Position numbers and translations under genes: made by a program. Of a stretch of 64,000 bases of DNA, positions 13,551-28,287 are shown in pieces. How positions within the stretch are numbered: position 1 is the first letter of the stretch; every line of letters starts with the position of its first letter. Under the pieces are notes generated by a model. The model was not told where the DNA came from. It searched no databases and saw only the letters and a list, made by a program, of their open reading frames with translations. This DNA is from Camelus dromedarius. Lineage: Eukaryota. The stretch lies in NCBI RefSeq assembly GCF_036321535.1, contig NC_087436.1:45758001-45822000 (forward strand). Direction: 5' to 3'.

Positions 13551-14230
13551 TAAAATAAATGATCTAACATAAATTGAAGCTTAACACAAAACTGCCTGCA
13601 AAAGGTATTTTTCTCAAAAATTCTAACAATGAATACTGTACTTAAAACCGTCAGATCACTGGACAATGCACATAGTGAAGAAAGCACCAACGACAGAGAG
13701 GCTGGAAAGGAAAGCAAAGAACACAAGCAAGGGAGATTTTGGAGTTCTGCGCAGGCCATCCAGCCACGCTGGTCTTCTCTAAATACACAGATTGTGGCTA
13801 AGCTAGAATTCTCTTTTTCTTTTTAATTAAAAGCCATTTGGAATGAGCAGTTTTTCATTCTCAGGCTGCTTGTATTATAATTTCCACAATGTGTTACATT
13901 AAAACCAATTTGTTTCTTACACAAAATACAGTATTTTCTTAGAACTTATTTCTCAGCATATTTCAGGACTCCTGACATACCTTTATAAATTTGTTCTATA
14001 TTCCGAAATCTTCAATGGAAAGGGAATATAATCTTTAGCAAATATGGTGAAAAACTTCTTCAAAAAAACTCTAAATGTTATTTATGAAGCCACTTTCCTA
14101 GATAATCATATGACCCAATCCAATTCAATTTCCCTCATGTTTTCAACCTAGAGCTTGACTAAAGAAATCCACTGAATCTGCTCTTTCAAAATCCTAAAAC
14201 ATCCTTTTTAGATCTAAAAAAGACTTTTGA

Positions 14231-14410
14231 AGGGAAGGGTATATAGCTCAGTGGTAGAGTGCATGCCTAACATGCACAAGGTCCTGGGTTCAATCCCCAG
14301 TACCTCCATTAAAAAAAGTCTAGTCACCCCCACCTTCCAAAAAAAAAAAGAAAAAAGAAAGAAGTTTAAAAAAAAAAAAGAGCAGGTCACAAAAAATAAA
14401 ATAAAAATAA
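14231..14410 (+). mobile_element. tRNA-Ala-derived SINE (vic-1-like)
   Basis: Same head as the 7408 copy, long A-rich tail, TSD aaaaagacttt at about 14217 and 14410. Confidence 0.9.
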
Positions 14411-15372
14411 AAAAGACTTTCAAAGTTCTTCCCTTGATCCAGGTATAACAAAACATAACATGGCAAAAGACAAACAGTTTAGCGGTGACCCTTTGGCTAC
14501 TTGAATATCTTCTGTAAAAAAAAGAAGTGATGGAAGTAAGGGAGAGGGACAGAAGAAAAGAGGGAAGGAGGAAAGAAGAGTAAATATCAAAATATTAAAG
14601 ATTACTTTTAAATGAGCACATTTTTTAAAAGACTCATTCAGTCTGTCAGCAGATAGATAGGAATGTAACAGTTATTGTTCTTTCAAAGTGGTCTCACCAT
14701 CATGATTCTCTTTTTAAACTTATTTTTGCTAATACCTGTATTTCCAAGAACAAGGGAAATTTTTTTCTTACTTGCAGTATGAATACCACTACACAGTATT
14801 GTAATGCATCAGGTACCAAGAGCGGAGCCCTCCCTGTCCAGGGGCTGCATTTAACCTTAGTGAGAGCAAAAGTCTGTATGATCCCACTTCCACCTGCTAG
14901 GAAGTGCAGCAAGTGTGCACAGCAAATGCCAAAAAGCACTTTGAACAGGAATGAACGTCAAGGCTTGGCTGGTTATCCTCATCTTTCTTCACTGTCTCCA
15001 AAACTATCTTTTTAAAATTCAGAGTCCACTTTTTCACATGAATTAATTTTTCAGAACTAAAACATTATCCTAAATTGTATTATTAATTTAGCACTACCCT
15101 AAGAATTATTTCTCTGAACATATTCTACACAACAAAAATCAAGATTATTTGTTTTTCCAGTTCAGAACTTTCATGATTTTTTTTAAAAAAACACGCTTAA
15201 AAACACTCCATTTGTGATTTTCATGAAGGATATGAAAGTGTCCAAAGGTCATCCAAACAGAGGGTCAACTATACCTTTAGATCCTTAATTTTGTGGAAGA
15301 AATGTTGTGGAGCTCACATGGGCCTGAGCTGTAAGACTTTAGCAGTAAGACTCTGGTCCAGAACCCTCACTT

Positions 15373-16496
15373 TTAAAAGTCCCGAGATTCCACACTTGAC
15401 CTAGAACAAAGCAGCAATTTTTCTGAATTGTCTCTGTGCCTTCGCGTCCAAAATTCCCCTACACTTTGAGACCTGGGGGACAGAGTCTCAAATTGGATGT
15501 AAGTCTCTTTTGCCAAATCATCTTCCCAGAAGGATTCTGATGCACACTGCAATTTGCAAACTTTGTACAACAAGAAAAAAATCAATGGCAAGATAATGAC
15601 ACAGGCAGCACCACTCACCACCATAAGGAAAAACCCTTGAGAATCACCTTCTTCTTCAACTCTGTCAGTAGAAAAGGTGATACACTGGTCTTTCTGGGGA
15701 GGCATTCCTTTTGGACAGACACATGCTATATATTGCCGACCAGGCAACAAGCCATTTATGGTGACCTGGTTCTTGCTGGAGTCTGCATTAAGCAGCAGCA
15801 GGTCCTTCTCACCATACTTGGAATACAACACGGTCACTTCTGAGTTCTGTGTGGTGTTAATGGTGTTCCACGTCAAAATCACACTCTCTTTGGTCTCACT
15901 GACCACCTGGAGGTTTTCTATTGTGGCATTCGTCTCCATAGGCAGGGCTCGATCCAGCAATGCCAACTCTTCTCTTTTACTTGCACTAGCTAGGGGAAGC
16001 TTACCGCCACCTATCTCCACCTTTAAATTTCTTTTTCCATTTGGGCGGAATGACTGCCACCTGGCCATGGTGGTGCTTGTGGAAATTCTAGTTCTTAGAG
16101 TTGTGGTTGAAGAAACAGGGGAGGAGAAGAAAGGAGATAAGGAGAAAGAAGCGGTGGAGGGAAGAGACGAACTAGAAGTAGGAAGAAAAGTAGAAGAAGC
16201 CGGGGAGGAAGGAGAGGAGGAGTAAGGCCACGGAGAGGATGATGAATCAGGCAGAGATGTAGATCTTCTAGATCCTGGCTGGACCTCTTCCTCCAGGTGA
16301 TCCTCAGTTCTTCTTTCAGAACTGTCTGATGATATAGCCGTTGTGACGACACCAACCACTGTCACAGTAACCACAGCTTCTGACATCCCAGCCAAATTTT
16401 TGGCCTTACATTTGTAATCCCCAGCATCCATGTAAGAAATGCCTGTCAAGCTTATTATGGACCATCTGACTCCCTCCCCTGGAGATTCCTGAATTA
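15373..16496 (-). CDS. LRIT3: LRIT3 exon 4 (Ig end, S/T stalk, FN3, TM, tail)
   Basis: Acceptor (t)nccAG|TA ATT CAG GAA; matches ORF 15373..16449; stop TAA at 15373-15375. Confidence 0.95.
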
Positions 16497-19400
16497 CTGG
16501 AAAAAAAAAAAAAGCACACTCTATGAGAAGAAAGAAAGAAAAGACTCAAGCAACATGTTGACTGAAAAGGAAGCAATATTTGGTTCTATATGCGTACTTC
16601 TCACAAAAGCCAAGAGGGAAATGACCCACTGTAAGTCTCTGATAGCAGGCGATGGTTCTGTAAATTGTTTATGTGAAAGTCTAGGACATGCTGGGTGCCA
16701 TGAAGTCTGTATGGGAAGTGGTATTTTAAAAAGACACAGGCTGAGAATTAAGGAACTTCTGCCTTGGTAAACTTTTGTTCACTAAGTAGTATGTGATTCT
16801 AGATAAGTCGATTAGTGTCCTTAGGCCTCTGTTTCTACATTTTTTAAATAAGAGGATAAGACAAAGATCAGAGATCTCTTCCAATTCTAGCTCACTGTGA
16901 TTCTGCAGATGTTTATCACAAGACTTTACTTAAATATGTCTCAAAATATTTTTTCATCGTAGTAGAATGCCATTTATCCACACAGTCAGAAAGTACAGCA
17001 GATCATTTTCTGGCATGGAGGAGTCATAATTTGTATTCTTAGTAATCTTCCACTGCATATTTAATTTAGATAAACTAGTAAACCATGGGGTTTTTAAATT
17101 TGTATAATAATATACAGTTTTTGCAAAATTGGGATTTTACTTTCCTAAACACTAAAATCTGAACATATTTCCATTCTGTCTTGATTTCTGAAGCTTTCTG
17201 AAAAATAATAACATACCGAGTGATATCTCAGTAGCCAGAATTTAACTCAGTACCGTAAACTGTGGGCTATTCACTCTATCTATTTGTAACAATATTAGGC
17301 CTTGACTTTTTTTTTTTTAACTCAATCAGATTTCATTATTTCAACCTCAATTTAAATTTAATTTGGAAGAGTTTTAAACTATATTCCTTTAATCATCAGA
17401 CTACCACTGTTGAAACTAAGGCCAAAGCACTGATTTGGTCACAGTAGGATCTAAAAAGTCTAGGTAATCAACATTTCTAAAAATTATACTTTTGCCTCAT
17501 AATAAGGTTTCTATGTAATTTATTATTTAAATAATCATTCAAAAATAAGAAATTTGTATGAAATTCCCTTAAAGAAATCATCATGGTTATACATTTTAAA
17601 ATGAGCAGTATCCAAGATGATGGAGCAAAGATAAAGACAAAGGTCTTATCTGCAACCATCCATCCATAGCATCATGTTGTTCTCCATTTAAGAAAAAATC
17701 AGATTGTCTAAACTCATCTATGGAGGTAATTAAGTAAACTGAGGAAAATATTAACCAATAAAGTGTTCCTTTCAAATTTCCTTCATCCAACAATCTTGGC
17801 ATATCTTAGGAATTCAATTTTCATTAATTTTGTTTGTTTTGGGGGGGAGATAGTTAAGTTTATTTATGTATTTATTTACTTTAATTTTTTTTAAATGGAG
17901 ATACTGGGGATTGAACCCATGACCTTGTTCATACTAAGCACGTACTCTACCATTGACCTATACCCTCATCCCATTCTTGGCATATTTTAGTAGAAACAAC
18001 CAGCCAATTTCAAATCTTACAAAAACTTGAGATTAAGTTCAGTCATTTGTAAACTCCTTGTTTCAAAAGCGTGAATTAAGAGGATACCTGTATAATTAAC
18101 TGGCGAGCTTTCTGGTCTGCTCCACGTGAGCTGTGGGGTGGGGTAGCCAGTGGCATCACACCGCAGCAGAACATTACTGCCCAGAGCAGATGTGATCTGG
18201 GTGGCCGAGGTCATCACCGATGGCTTTAGACACTGCTCCAACTCAGCCCGCTGGAACAAAATCCCTGCGAGGCGTTCAGGTTCACTGCAAATCATCAGTG
18301 GATCAAGAAGTACTACTGCAGGGTCAGCAATTTTTGACAATGCCATTATTTTGGAAATGTGACAGTCACAGAGCCATGGGTTGTCCTGCAGACCTAAACC
18401 AAAAGGGAGGAAAAGGTTGATAAAGGTTCTCCTGATAACTTACATTTACATCGCAGCCTTGTGGGATAGCATTTCTGCACTGTGTCCCTAAAAACATAAA
18501 TGTTTTGAGGGATCAAAGAGAGTCATCTCTCTGTCAGTTTTGCCCTGCACTCCAGCCACATAAATGAATGTAACCTGTCAGTTCAGATCATTAATGATCG
18601 TAGCTAACAATGAGCATTTACTCTGTCCTAGGCTCTGTTCTAAGCACTTACCTGTATTACCTCATTTAATCTCAACAATCCTATGAGGAGGTGAATATTA
18701 TTTCCCCATTTTAAAGATGAAGAAGCTAACAATATCACTAATTATCAGAGAAATGCTAATCAAACTACAATGAGGTATCACCTCACACCAATCAGAATGG
18801 CCATCATTAAAATGTCTACAAACGATAAATGCTGGAGTGGATGCGGAGAAAAGGGAACCCTCCTACCTTTGGTGGGAATGTAGTTTGGTGCAGCCATTAT
18901 GGAAAACAGTATGGAGATTCCTCAAAAAACTAAAAATAGACTTACCATATGATCCAGCAATCCCACTCCTGGGCATATATCTGGAGGGAACTCTAATTCC
19001 AAAAAATATATGCACTCCAATGTTCATAGCAGCACTATATACAATAGCCAAGACAAGGAAACAACCTAAATGTCCATCAAGAGATGAATGGATAAAGAAG
19101 ATGTGGTATATTTATACAATGGAATACTATTCAGCCATAAAAAATAATAAAATAATGCCATTTATAGCAACATGGATGGACCTGGAGATCATCATTCTAA
19201 GTGAAATAAGCCAGAAAGAGATAAAAAAAAATACCATATGACATCACTCATATGTGGAATCTTAAAAAAGAAAAAAGAAGATACTAATGAACTCACCTAT
19301 AAAACAGAAACAGACTCGCAGACATAGTAAACAATCTTATGGTTACCAGGGGAAAAGGGGTGGGAAGGGATATATTTGGGAGTGTAAGATTTGCAAATAT

Positions 19401-22400
19401 TAAATTCTATGTATAAAAATAATAAAAACAAATTTCTTCTGTATGGCACAGGGAACTCTATTCAATATCTTGTAATAACCTTGAATGAAAAGGAATATGA
19501 AAAGAAATATATGTATGTATATGTATGACTGGGACATTATGCTGTACACCAGAAATTGACACATTGAAACTGACTATACTTCAATTTAAAAAAAAAAAAA
19601 AAGATGAAGCTAAGACACAAGAGAAACCAAATAATCTGACCAAGATCATGTAGCTAATCAGTGTCAGAGTCAAAATTTGACTCTGAGAATCCAAGTACCT
19701 TAGAATGTCATAAATACAATGATAGAGAGGTTTCTAGGGTATCATGAAAGCATTTATATTATTACAAGGATTACAGGGTACTGAGAGGCACCTAACTCAG
19801 CCTGCAATATATTACGATTTTGTGTGATTTTAAAGTATACTGAGGTAGTACAAGTTCTATGTTGCAAAAGGATAGAGTGAGATGCAGACAATGTCAGGAG
19901 ATAAGACTGGAAAGACTGGTAGAGGCTAGAACATGGCTTGGCATGAATGTCATAGGAGGTGGCCATGGAGGTGCATGGCTCAAATTCCCCTTCAGAGAGA
20001 ATCAGCAGCAGGGAATACAGCTAGCTGACGGCCTCCAATTACAAGTCCCTTCAGGGTCTGCCTCAGCTTTCAGAACTGCCAGCCAAAGTGTTGTGGCCTT
20101 CAAAGAGGCTGGCAGCAAAAGCTTAAAGAAAAGTGGGGAAAACGTTATGAGAAACTAGAGGTAAGAGGAGCCTTGTTATAGAGTGGTAGACAGTTCAGCA
20201 ACACTGTCACCTGTGGCTAACACAGACAGTAGAATATGTACTCAACAAAATGAATGTTCTAGCTAAGGATATCTGCACAGTGTTGAAACTGCTGCCTGGT
20301 GCCTTTTGCTGCTCATAGTAAAATGTAAAGAAGAAACAACAGGTAAAGGAAGGACTGTTAAATGTAAAGGAGCTAAAACTCACTGGATTCTATAATTAAA
20401 CTGTTTCTTATACCCAACCTCTCCAAAATTCTCAATTTAAGAAAGGGCTTCAGAGCAAAAATCAAATCCAGGGTAGGTGGTTCTGTGAAGTTAGGTGCTC
20501 AGATCTCAGAAGGATCAATGATGGTGCTTCAGAGCCTTCAGTCAGACAAAAGTCTCTCAAAGGATATTAAGGATGATGTCCCAGCAGCCTTACATAAAGT
20601 CCAAGGTTGGAAAGGGTTTATTTCAAAAAGATTTGTGGTTGTGGAGTGAATTATATATTGATTCTTAAAGAGAAAAGACAAAACTGAAAGTCAAAAAAAA
20701 TCCAACCATGGTGAAAGATTTAGTTGTTCATTCATAAATTCTAGATTTCTATTTATGCCTACTTTTATTGTAATAGCACTTTGTGACTGATTCATGGTTC
20801 TCTGCCAATGTTGGTACAGTTTGCTGTTTTTCATTATCTTCTACACTGGAAATTTCTTTTCTTTCATGGGTAAATTACCTTGACCTTCCTCCTCTTACAT
20901 TTAGCCCTGTGAATCTACGATCACTTCTCCAATACTGATTTAAATTCTACTCAGCCTAACAACAAACATCAAATTCATTCTGTCACATAATAATTAATAT
21001 ATGTAGGATACTTCATACTTTTAAAACACTTTGACCTGGGATTCCAGATTTTTTCTTTATAAAATAGTAACAACACAAGTTGACAGTTATTGATTGCTTC
21101 CTATGTGGCAAATACTGCACTCATCAAGAATTGTAAAAGATCTATGTTTTACCCTGCTTTAAGGTGACAGGCTCATTCCAGTTTGCCATAGTTTTATGGG
21201 TGTTGGCAGAAGACACAAGACTCCTAGTCAAAGATGAGGAACAGTTTATGATTTGCAGTTCTGGAAGGAGACATAATTTTTATTATACTGGGTAGTAAGC
21301 ATTTTTATCCTTTGTTCTGGAGGGAGACATATCCCTACCTTCCAAAGTGGCTCTCTACTCAAACATGCTTGATAGTTCAGAACAAAAGGCAGTCAGTATC
21401 TGCCTCTGCTCACAAATCATTATTTTAAGAATGAGAAAATGCTCAGGGAGGTTAAGGGATCTGCCCAAGGTCACACAATCGGATACAGTTAGGATTTAAA
21501 CCTTGATATCTTGATCTTAAAGCTCCCATTCTCAACAACCGTGTATATGTCTTCTATGGACCTCAGGAAGCTAGTATGATTCTTCTAATTTCACAGTAGA
21601 AGATATTAATGCACAAAGAAATTACTGCCTTGAGTTAGTAGATAGCTTAAAGTCCTGACTAAGTCCCAGGTGTTCAAGGCTCCTGGTCTCACACTTCTTC
21701 CACAAGAACCCATCTCTTTGTCACCTAAAAACATCTAGAGCCATGGGTGGCAGCTATAAGTGCTGTTGTCTCCAAACAACAGATGTTAAAGCAGTGATAT
21801 TTGGAGCATAAATGTCCGCATAGGGAGACATCCAAGAGCTATAACATCAACAGTTTCATTTATGCTTTGAAACTGTTATAAAAATGTATTAATGGTGACA
21901 CAAAATTCTTTTAAAAAGTTAATCTAACTGGTTATATCTAAAAATCATGTAAACCTGGAGTAAATATTTTTAAATCCTTCAAAAATAAAGTATTTGTTTG
22001 AGCTATGAAACATCTAAGGTCAAGAGTATAACATTTAAAACCTGAATAATAATACTGGTCTGAGGGCAGGTCACCTTCAAATGTTTTTTCTTCTGGGGAC
22101 AAAGGTACAAGAACTCTCTAAAGTTAAACTATTACTTGTACTGCATTCCTTCAAGTCAATGCATCAACCACAGTTGGCAATTTGCATTAATTAATTTATT
22201 TTATATAAGTATTCCTGGATAGGGGCAAATGAACTTTGCCTTACTCCTTTTCTAAAAGGATAGTTTTTCATGCATCACAGTAGTTGGATTAAACGTGCTA
22301 TGCTTTATGAAACATCAGCAATAAGTTCTAGTCCAAAAGCTAATCTGCAGACTCAGCTCTTAAAAGGCAACGACCATGCCTCAGTCAGCTCTGTGGAGGC

Positions 22401-25400
22401 AGCTGCATTTAACAATTCAAGGGGGTGCCAGAGCAATTGGACATCTGTTTGGGAACAAATAAACTTCAATTCCTACCTCACATTACACTCGAAAACTATT
22501 TTAAGATGGGTCATAATCATAAGCATAAAAGCTAAAAATTAATACAAAAGTTAAAATGATAAAGAAAGAATATCTTTGTGATCTGCACGTAGGCAAGTAT
22601 TTCTTAGATGGGACACAGAACTCACTAACCAAAAAAAAAAAAAAATGATAAATCAGGTGTCATCAAAATTTTAAACTTTCTTACTAAAGGCACAACAAAG
22701 AAAATGAATAGAAAAGTCACAGACTTGAGAAAATATTCATAATGCATGTAACTGGTAAAAGACTTGTATTCAATAATAAAAAGACAAACAACCTTAAAAA
22801 TTATACAGAAATATACCAATGGTCAATAAGCAAATGTAAATGGTCAATTCCATTACTTGTCAGGGAAATTCAAACTAAAACAACAATGTGATACCACTCC
22901 CTGACATATCCACAACAAAGAATGACTGAAATGAGAAAGACTGACTACCTCAAGTGTTGGTGAGGATACAGAGCAGGTAGATTATGCCAGTATGAGTGTA
23001 AAACAGTACAAACTCTTTGGAAAACTGGCAGTTTCTTAAAAAGTTACATAAATATAGCCATCCTATGACCTAGCAATTTCAATCCTAGGAATTTATCCAA
23101 GAGAAATGAAAACATGCTACATAAAGCTTTGCACAAGAATGTTAATAAGCAGCTTAATTAATAATGCTAAAAACTGGAAACAGCCCAGGTGTCCAACAAC
23201 AGGAGAAAAGATGAACAATTGGTACATTCATGCAAATGAGTATGACTCAGCAGTAAGAGACTACCAGTACATCCAACAACATGGATGAACATATAGCCGA
23301 GTGAAAGAAGCCAGGCACAAGAGTGCTTCTTAAATGATTGCATTTACATGAAAAATCTAGGGTAGGAAAATTAACCTATGGTAATAAAAGCAAAAAGAGT
23401 AGTTCCCTGGGCTGGGGGGAGATGGACTGAGAAAGGGCACAGGGGAAATTTCTGGCATTATGAAAATATTCGTATCTTGATGAGGGTGTGGTTTTGTGCA
23501 GATACATGTTTATCATCATTTGCCAAATTGTACACTAAAGATCTACTGCATCATACCTCAATACCCAAATTTTAAAAAAGTTTAAAAAATGAAAGTGATG
23601 TCTTTGGAGATGAGCTGTGAATTTGAAGCCTGACTCTGCCTCTTAACCAGCTGGATAAAGAAGGTGATGACACCAGTGTCAAGTGGAGTAATACATGAAG
23701 CTACGAGAGGCTTGCGTAGGGCAAAATGGATCCAAAGGTTCTAGAGCAATAAAAGATGATGGGATTGGGACTGACAACCAAAATCTGTGGGAGTTAGAAG
23801 GTGGGAAGAGAAATGATGGTCACAAAATTTGAAATCTGAAAACAATGCATGCTTGGATTGGGCATATTTATAGATCTAGCACAGTGGCTTCATATAGTTC
23901 CTCCTGAAGCATGTGCTTACAGTGGTTCTGATATATCTAAACAACAAGCTGATAATTTATGAAAGGGGTTAAGAAGATCAAAAAAAGAGAGAAAGTGATG
24001 ACAATTACAGACCCACCTCTTGGTTTGTCCTAAAGGCTGAGATACTGCTAGGCAGTCCTCAGAAGAGTGGCTGGCAAGGAGTAAGCCTTAACTGTGTGGA
24101 TTTGTCTCCTCTACGTCTAGAAAAGAGTGGGCACATCACAGGGACTGAGGAGTGTTTGCCGAACTACATTAATGCCATTTTATAAAATTCTACAGTAATA
24201 TTCATGGCCACCACTGACCTTCTGGCAAATTCCGTTCTGAATAGAAGAGCCCATTACAATTGAACAAATGTGGGTACCAGTAAAAAGCACTCAAAAAAGT
24301 ATCTTATACTCTCTCCCACTGCAGGTTTTTTCCTCCAAGATAAACAGTGTTGGGCCTTAATGGAGTCTGCCTATGTAAATATTTTCTTATTCTTGAGAAA
24401 GAGGCCATGGAAATTTACCTGTATTACAAATCAATAATGTAGTTTCATGTTAATTTAAATGTTTACTTGCAGGACTCTAGTTTATGTTTTATGGATACAT
24501 TAAAGGACAATTTTATTAAGTTGATATTTCTATTCATGCAGAAGAAAGGAGGAGTAACTGAAAAGCATCTCCCTAAATTCTTTTTTATTAAATAAATAAT
24601 GTGATTTAAAGAGATCAGTAAAATAATACATATATGAGGAAAATAAATCTGGTAATTTTACATTTGTATTAGAGTGGGGAAGGAGTGGGGAAGAACAAGG
24701 GGTCTAGACTCAAAAGGCAACCAAACCCCAGCTTCATCACTATGTGTGTGGTAAGTGAATTTGGGCAAGTGTTTTAACTTGGGCTTCACTTCTTCATCTA
24801 TAAAATGGGGATTAAATGGTACTTACCATGGAGTTAATGTGAGTCTAGAATAACTTATATCCATAAAATAAAAGAACTAGGCTTAGCCCTGAGTAAGCAT
24901 CCCATCAATATTAGCTATTACTGTTACTATTTCAAATAGAACCTGTTAGCAACAATAAACATAAGGCAATAAAAATGAAATGAAAATGAAATGTGTCCCA
25001 CTATTGTAGTACAGAGGTAAATTCTACAGGGCACCTGGAAAGATATGATTGCTACAGTTAGACACTGACTTCTACCAAATCTAGAGCCAGTTCTCATCAC
25101 CATATTTTAATGATGAAATTGGAAGATTCAAATATAGTTAAAATATCAAAACAATCAAACTAGAGAAGTCTTTCTTTATAAGACACTTGCATCTCAGTCA
25201 TAGCTGCTATGGATTATTGTTGCACTAAAATCATAGCCCCAGACATTGTCTACCTCATAATCTAAAGAGCCATCACATAAACTTAACATTCTCATTGCAC
25301 TCCTGTTAGCAAGATGGAGTAAGTCCCATCATCTCCATTTTCCAGATGAGAAAACTGAATTTTCTGTGTGTGATTCATAAACATGAACTAGTCTTCTTTT

Positions 25401-28252
25401 GAGAGGGTAGCACTTCTTTACCCGCTTTGTTACATAGCAGTCATGGCTTTGCTAAGGTCAGCTGCCACACATGGCTGGACATATTTCAAAATATCTTTTG
25501 TGATTTGTTATCATGATTATAAAAGTAATGCATGCTCATTGCAGAACATTCTGAAAATATAGAAAAGCAGTAAGATGTCAGAGAATAGTTAACCAGTAAA
25601 TGTAACTTTTTAGTGTTTTTCTTTGAAAATGTTACAATATTTATGATCATGCTTTATGCACAATTATATATTCTACTTTCTAAATTTAATGTTATACTGA
25701 AAATATTTTCATGTTAGTTTTAAAAGAATCTGAACCCTTCCTCAACAAAATATTAGCAAACCAAATCTAATAATACATTAAAAGGATCATACACCATAAT
25801 CAAGTGGGATTTATTCCAGGGATGCAAGGATGGTTTAAGATCCACAAATCAATATAATATATCACATTAACAAAATGAAGGATAAAAGTCACATGATCAC
25901 TTCAATAGATGCAGAAAAGGCATTTGACAAAATTCAACGTCCATTTATGATAAAAACTCTCAACAAAATGAGAGGGGATGTACCTCAACATCATAAAAGC
26001 CATATATGACAAACCCACAGCTAACATCATATTCAGGGATGAAAAGCTGATCCTCTAAGATAAGGAACAAGACAAGAATGCCCACTCTCACCACCTTTAC
26101 TCAACATAGTATTAGAAGTCCTAGCCACAGAAATTAGGGGGAAAAAATCTAAAAAGGAAGAAGTAAATCTGTCACTGTTTGCAGGGGACATGATACTATA
26201 TATAGAAAACTCTAAAGAACCATCAAAAAAGTTAAAACTAATAAATAAATTCAATAAATCCACATGATACTAAATCTACATACAGAAATCCATGGCATTT
26301 CTGCACACTAATAACAAAATTATCAGAAAGAGAAATTAAGAAAACAATCCCATTTAAAACTGCATCAAAAAGAATAAAATATCCAGAAATAAATTTAACC
26401 AGGAAGGTGAAAGACCTATACACTGAAAACTCTAAGACACTGATGAAAGAAATTGAAGACAATACAAACAGATGGAAAGATATCTTGTGCTCATGGATTG
26501 GAAGAATTAATATTGTTAAAATGTCTGTACTATGCAAAGCTATCTACAGATTCAATGCAATCTAACCAAAATTCCAATGGCATATTTCACAGAACTACAA
26601 CAAATAATTCTAAAATTTGTATGAAACCACAAAAGATCCCAAGTAGCCAAAATAATCTTGAGAAAGAACAAAGCTTTATGATGATTCCTGATTTCAAACT
26701 ACACTACAAAGCTGTAGTAATCAAAAGAGTATAGTACTAGCACAAAAACAGGCACACAAATCAATGGAACAGAACTGAGAGCCCAGAAATAAACATACAT
26801 ATATGTTGACAATTATTTTATAACAAAGGAGTAAAGAACACACAAAGGAGAAAGGACAGTCTGTTCAATCAACAGTGTTGGGGAAAAAGCCACATGCAAA
26901 AGAATGAAACTAGATCACTATCTCATACCATACATAAAAATTAACTCAAAATGGATTAAAGACTTGAATGTAAGAATTGAAACCATAAAATTTCTAGAAG
27001 AAAACATGGGTCAGACCTTACTGACATTGGTCTAAGTGATGTTGTTGTGGATCTGACTCCAAAGGTAAGGAAAACAAAAGGAAAAATAAACAAATGGGAC
27101 TAAACTATAAAGCTTCTGCACAGCAAAAAAAGAAATCAGCATCAGAACAAAAAGGAAATCTACTAAATGGAAGAAGATATTTGCAAATCATATATCTGAT
27201 AAGGGATTGATATACAAAACACATAAGGAACTCATACAACTCAACAACAAAAACAAATAAACAACGTGATGACAAAATGAGCTGAGGATCTGAACAGGTA
27301 TTTTTCCAAAGAAGACATAGAGATGGCTAATAGGCACATGGAAAAATGTTCAACATTACTAATTATTAGTGAAATGCAAACTAAAATCACAATGACATAC
27401 CATCTCATTACTATGAGAATGTTTATTATCAAAAAGACAAGAAATAACAGATGTTAGAGAGGATATGGAGAAAAGGGAACCCTCATACACCATTGATGGG
27501 GCTGTAAATTGGTGTAGCCACTATGAAAAACAGTATGGAGATTCCTCAAAAAATTAAGAACAGAACTGCCATATGACCCAGCTATTCCACTTCTGGGTAT
27601 TTATCCAAAGAACATAAAAACACTAATTCAAAAAGATATATACACCCTGTGTTCACTGAAGCATTATTTACAATAGTCAAGATATGGGAAAAACCCAATG
27701 TCCAACAATGGATAAAGATATGGTATATACATACAATGGAACACTATTCAGCCATAACAAAGAATGAAATCCTTCCATTTTCAACAACATGTGAATGGAC
27801 CTTGACAGTATTATACTAAGTGAAATATGTCAGACAGAAACAAATACTGTATTATATCACTCATATGTGGAATTCAAAAAACAAACACTCACACCAGTCA
27901 GAATGGCCATCCTTAAAAAGTCCACAAACAATAAATGCTGGAGAGGGTGTGGAGAAAAAGGAACCCTCCTACACTGTTGATGGGAATGTAAATTGGTGCA
28001 GCCACTATTGAGGACAGTATGGATGCTCCTTAAAAAACTAAGAATAAACTTATCATATGATCCAGCAATCCCACTCCTGGGCATATATCCAGATGAAAAT
28101 ATAATTTGAAAAGACACATGCACCCCAATGTTCATAGCAGCACTATTTACAATAGCCAAGACATGGAAACAACTCAAATGTCCATTGACAGATGACTGGA
28201 TAAAGAAGATGCGGTATGCATGTATGTGTGTGTGTGTATGTGTGTATGTATA

Positions 28253-28287
<35 letters not shown>

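Noticed and set aside
15677..16225. 182-aa plus-strand ORF
   Set aside because: Antisense shadow of LRIT3 exon 4 over its low-complexity Ser-rich stalk; non-ATG start and no recognisable domain.
16497..18087. LRIT3 intron 3 donor GTATCCTC resembles the U12 consensus
   Set aside because: The 3' end has a long pyrimidine tract and no TCCTTAAC-like branch box near the AG, so it reads as a U2 intron.
18837..19241. 134-aa ORF, and similar ORFs at 6418, 28128 and 39939
   Set aside because: C-terminal fragments of L1 ORF2 in 5'-truncated elements, not host genes.
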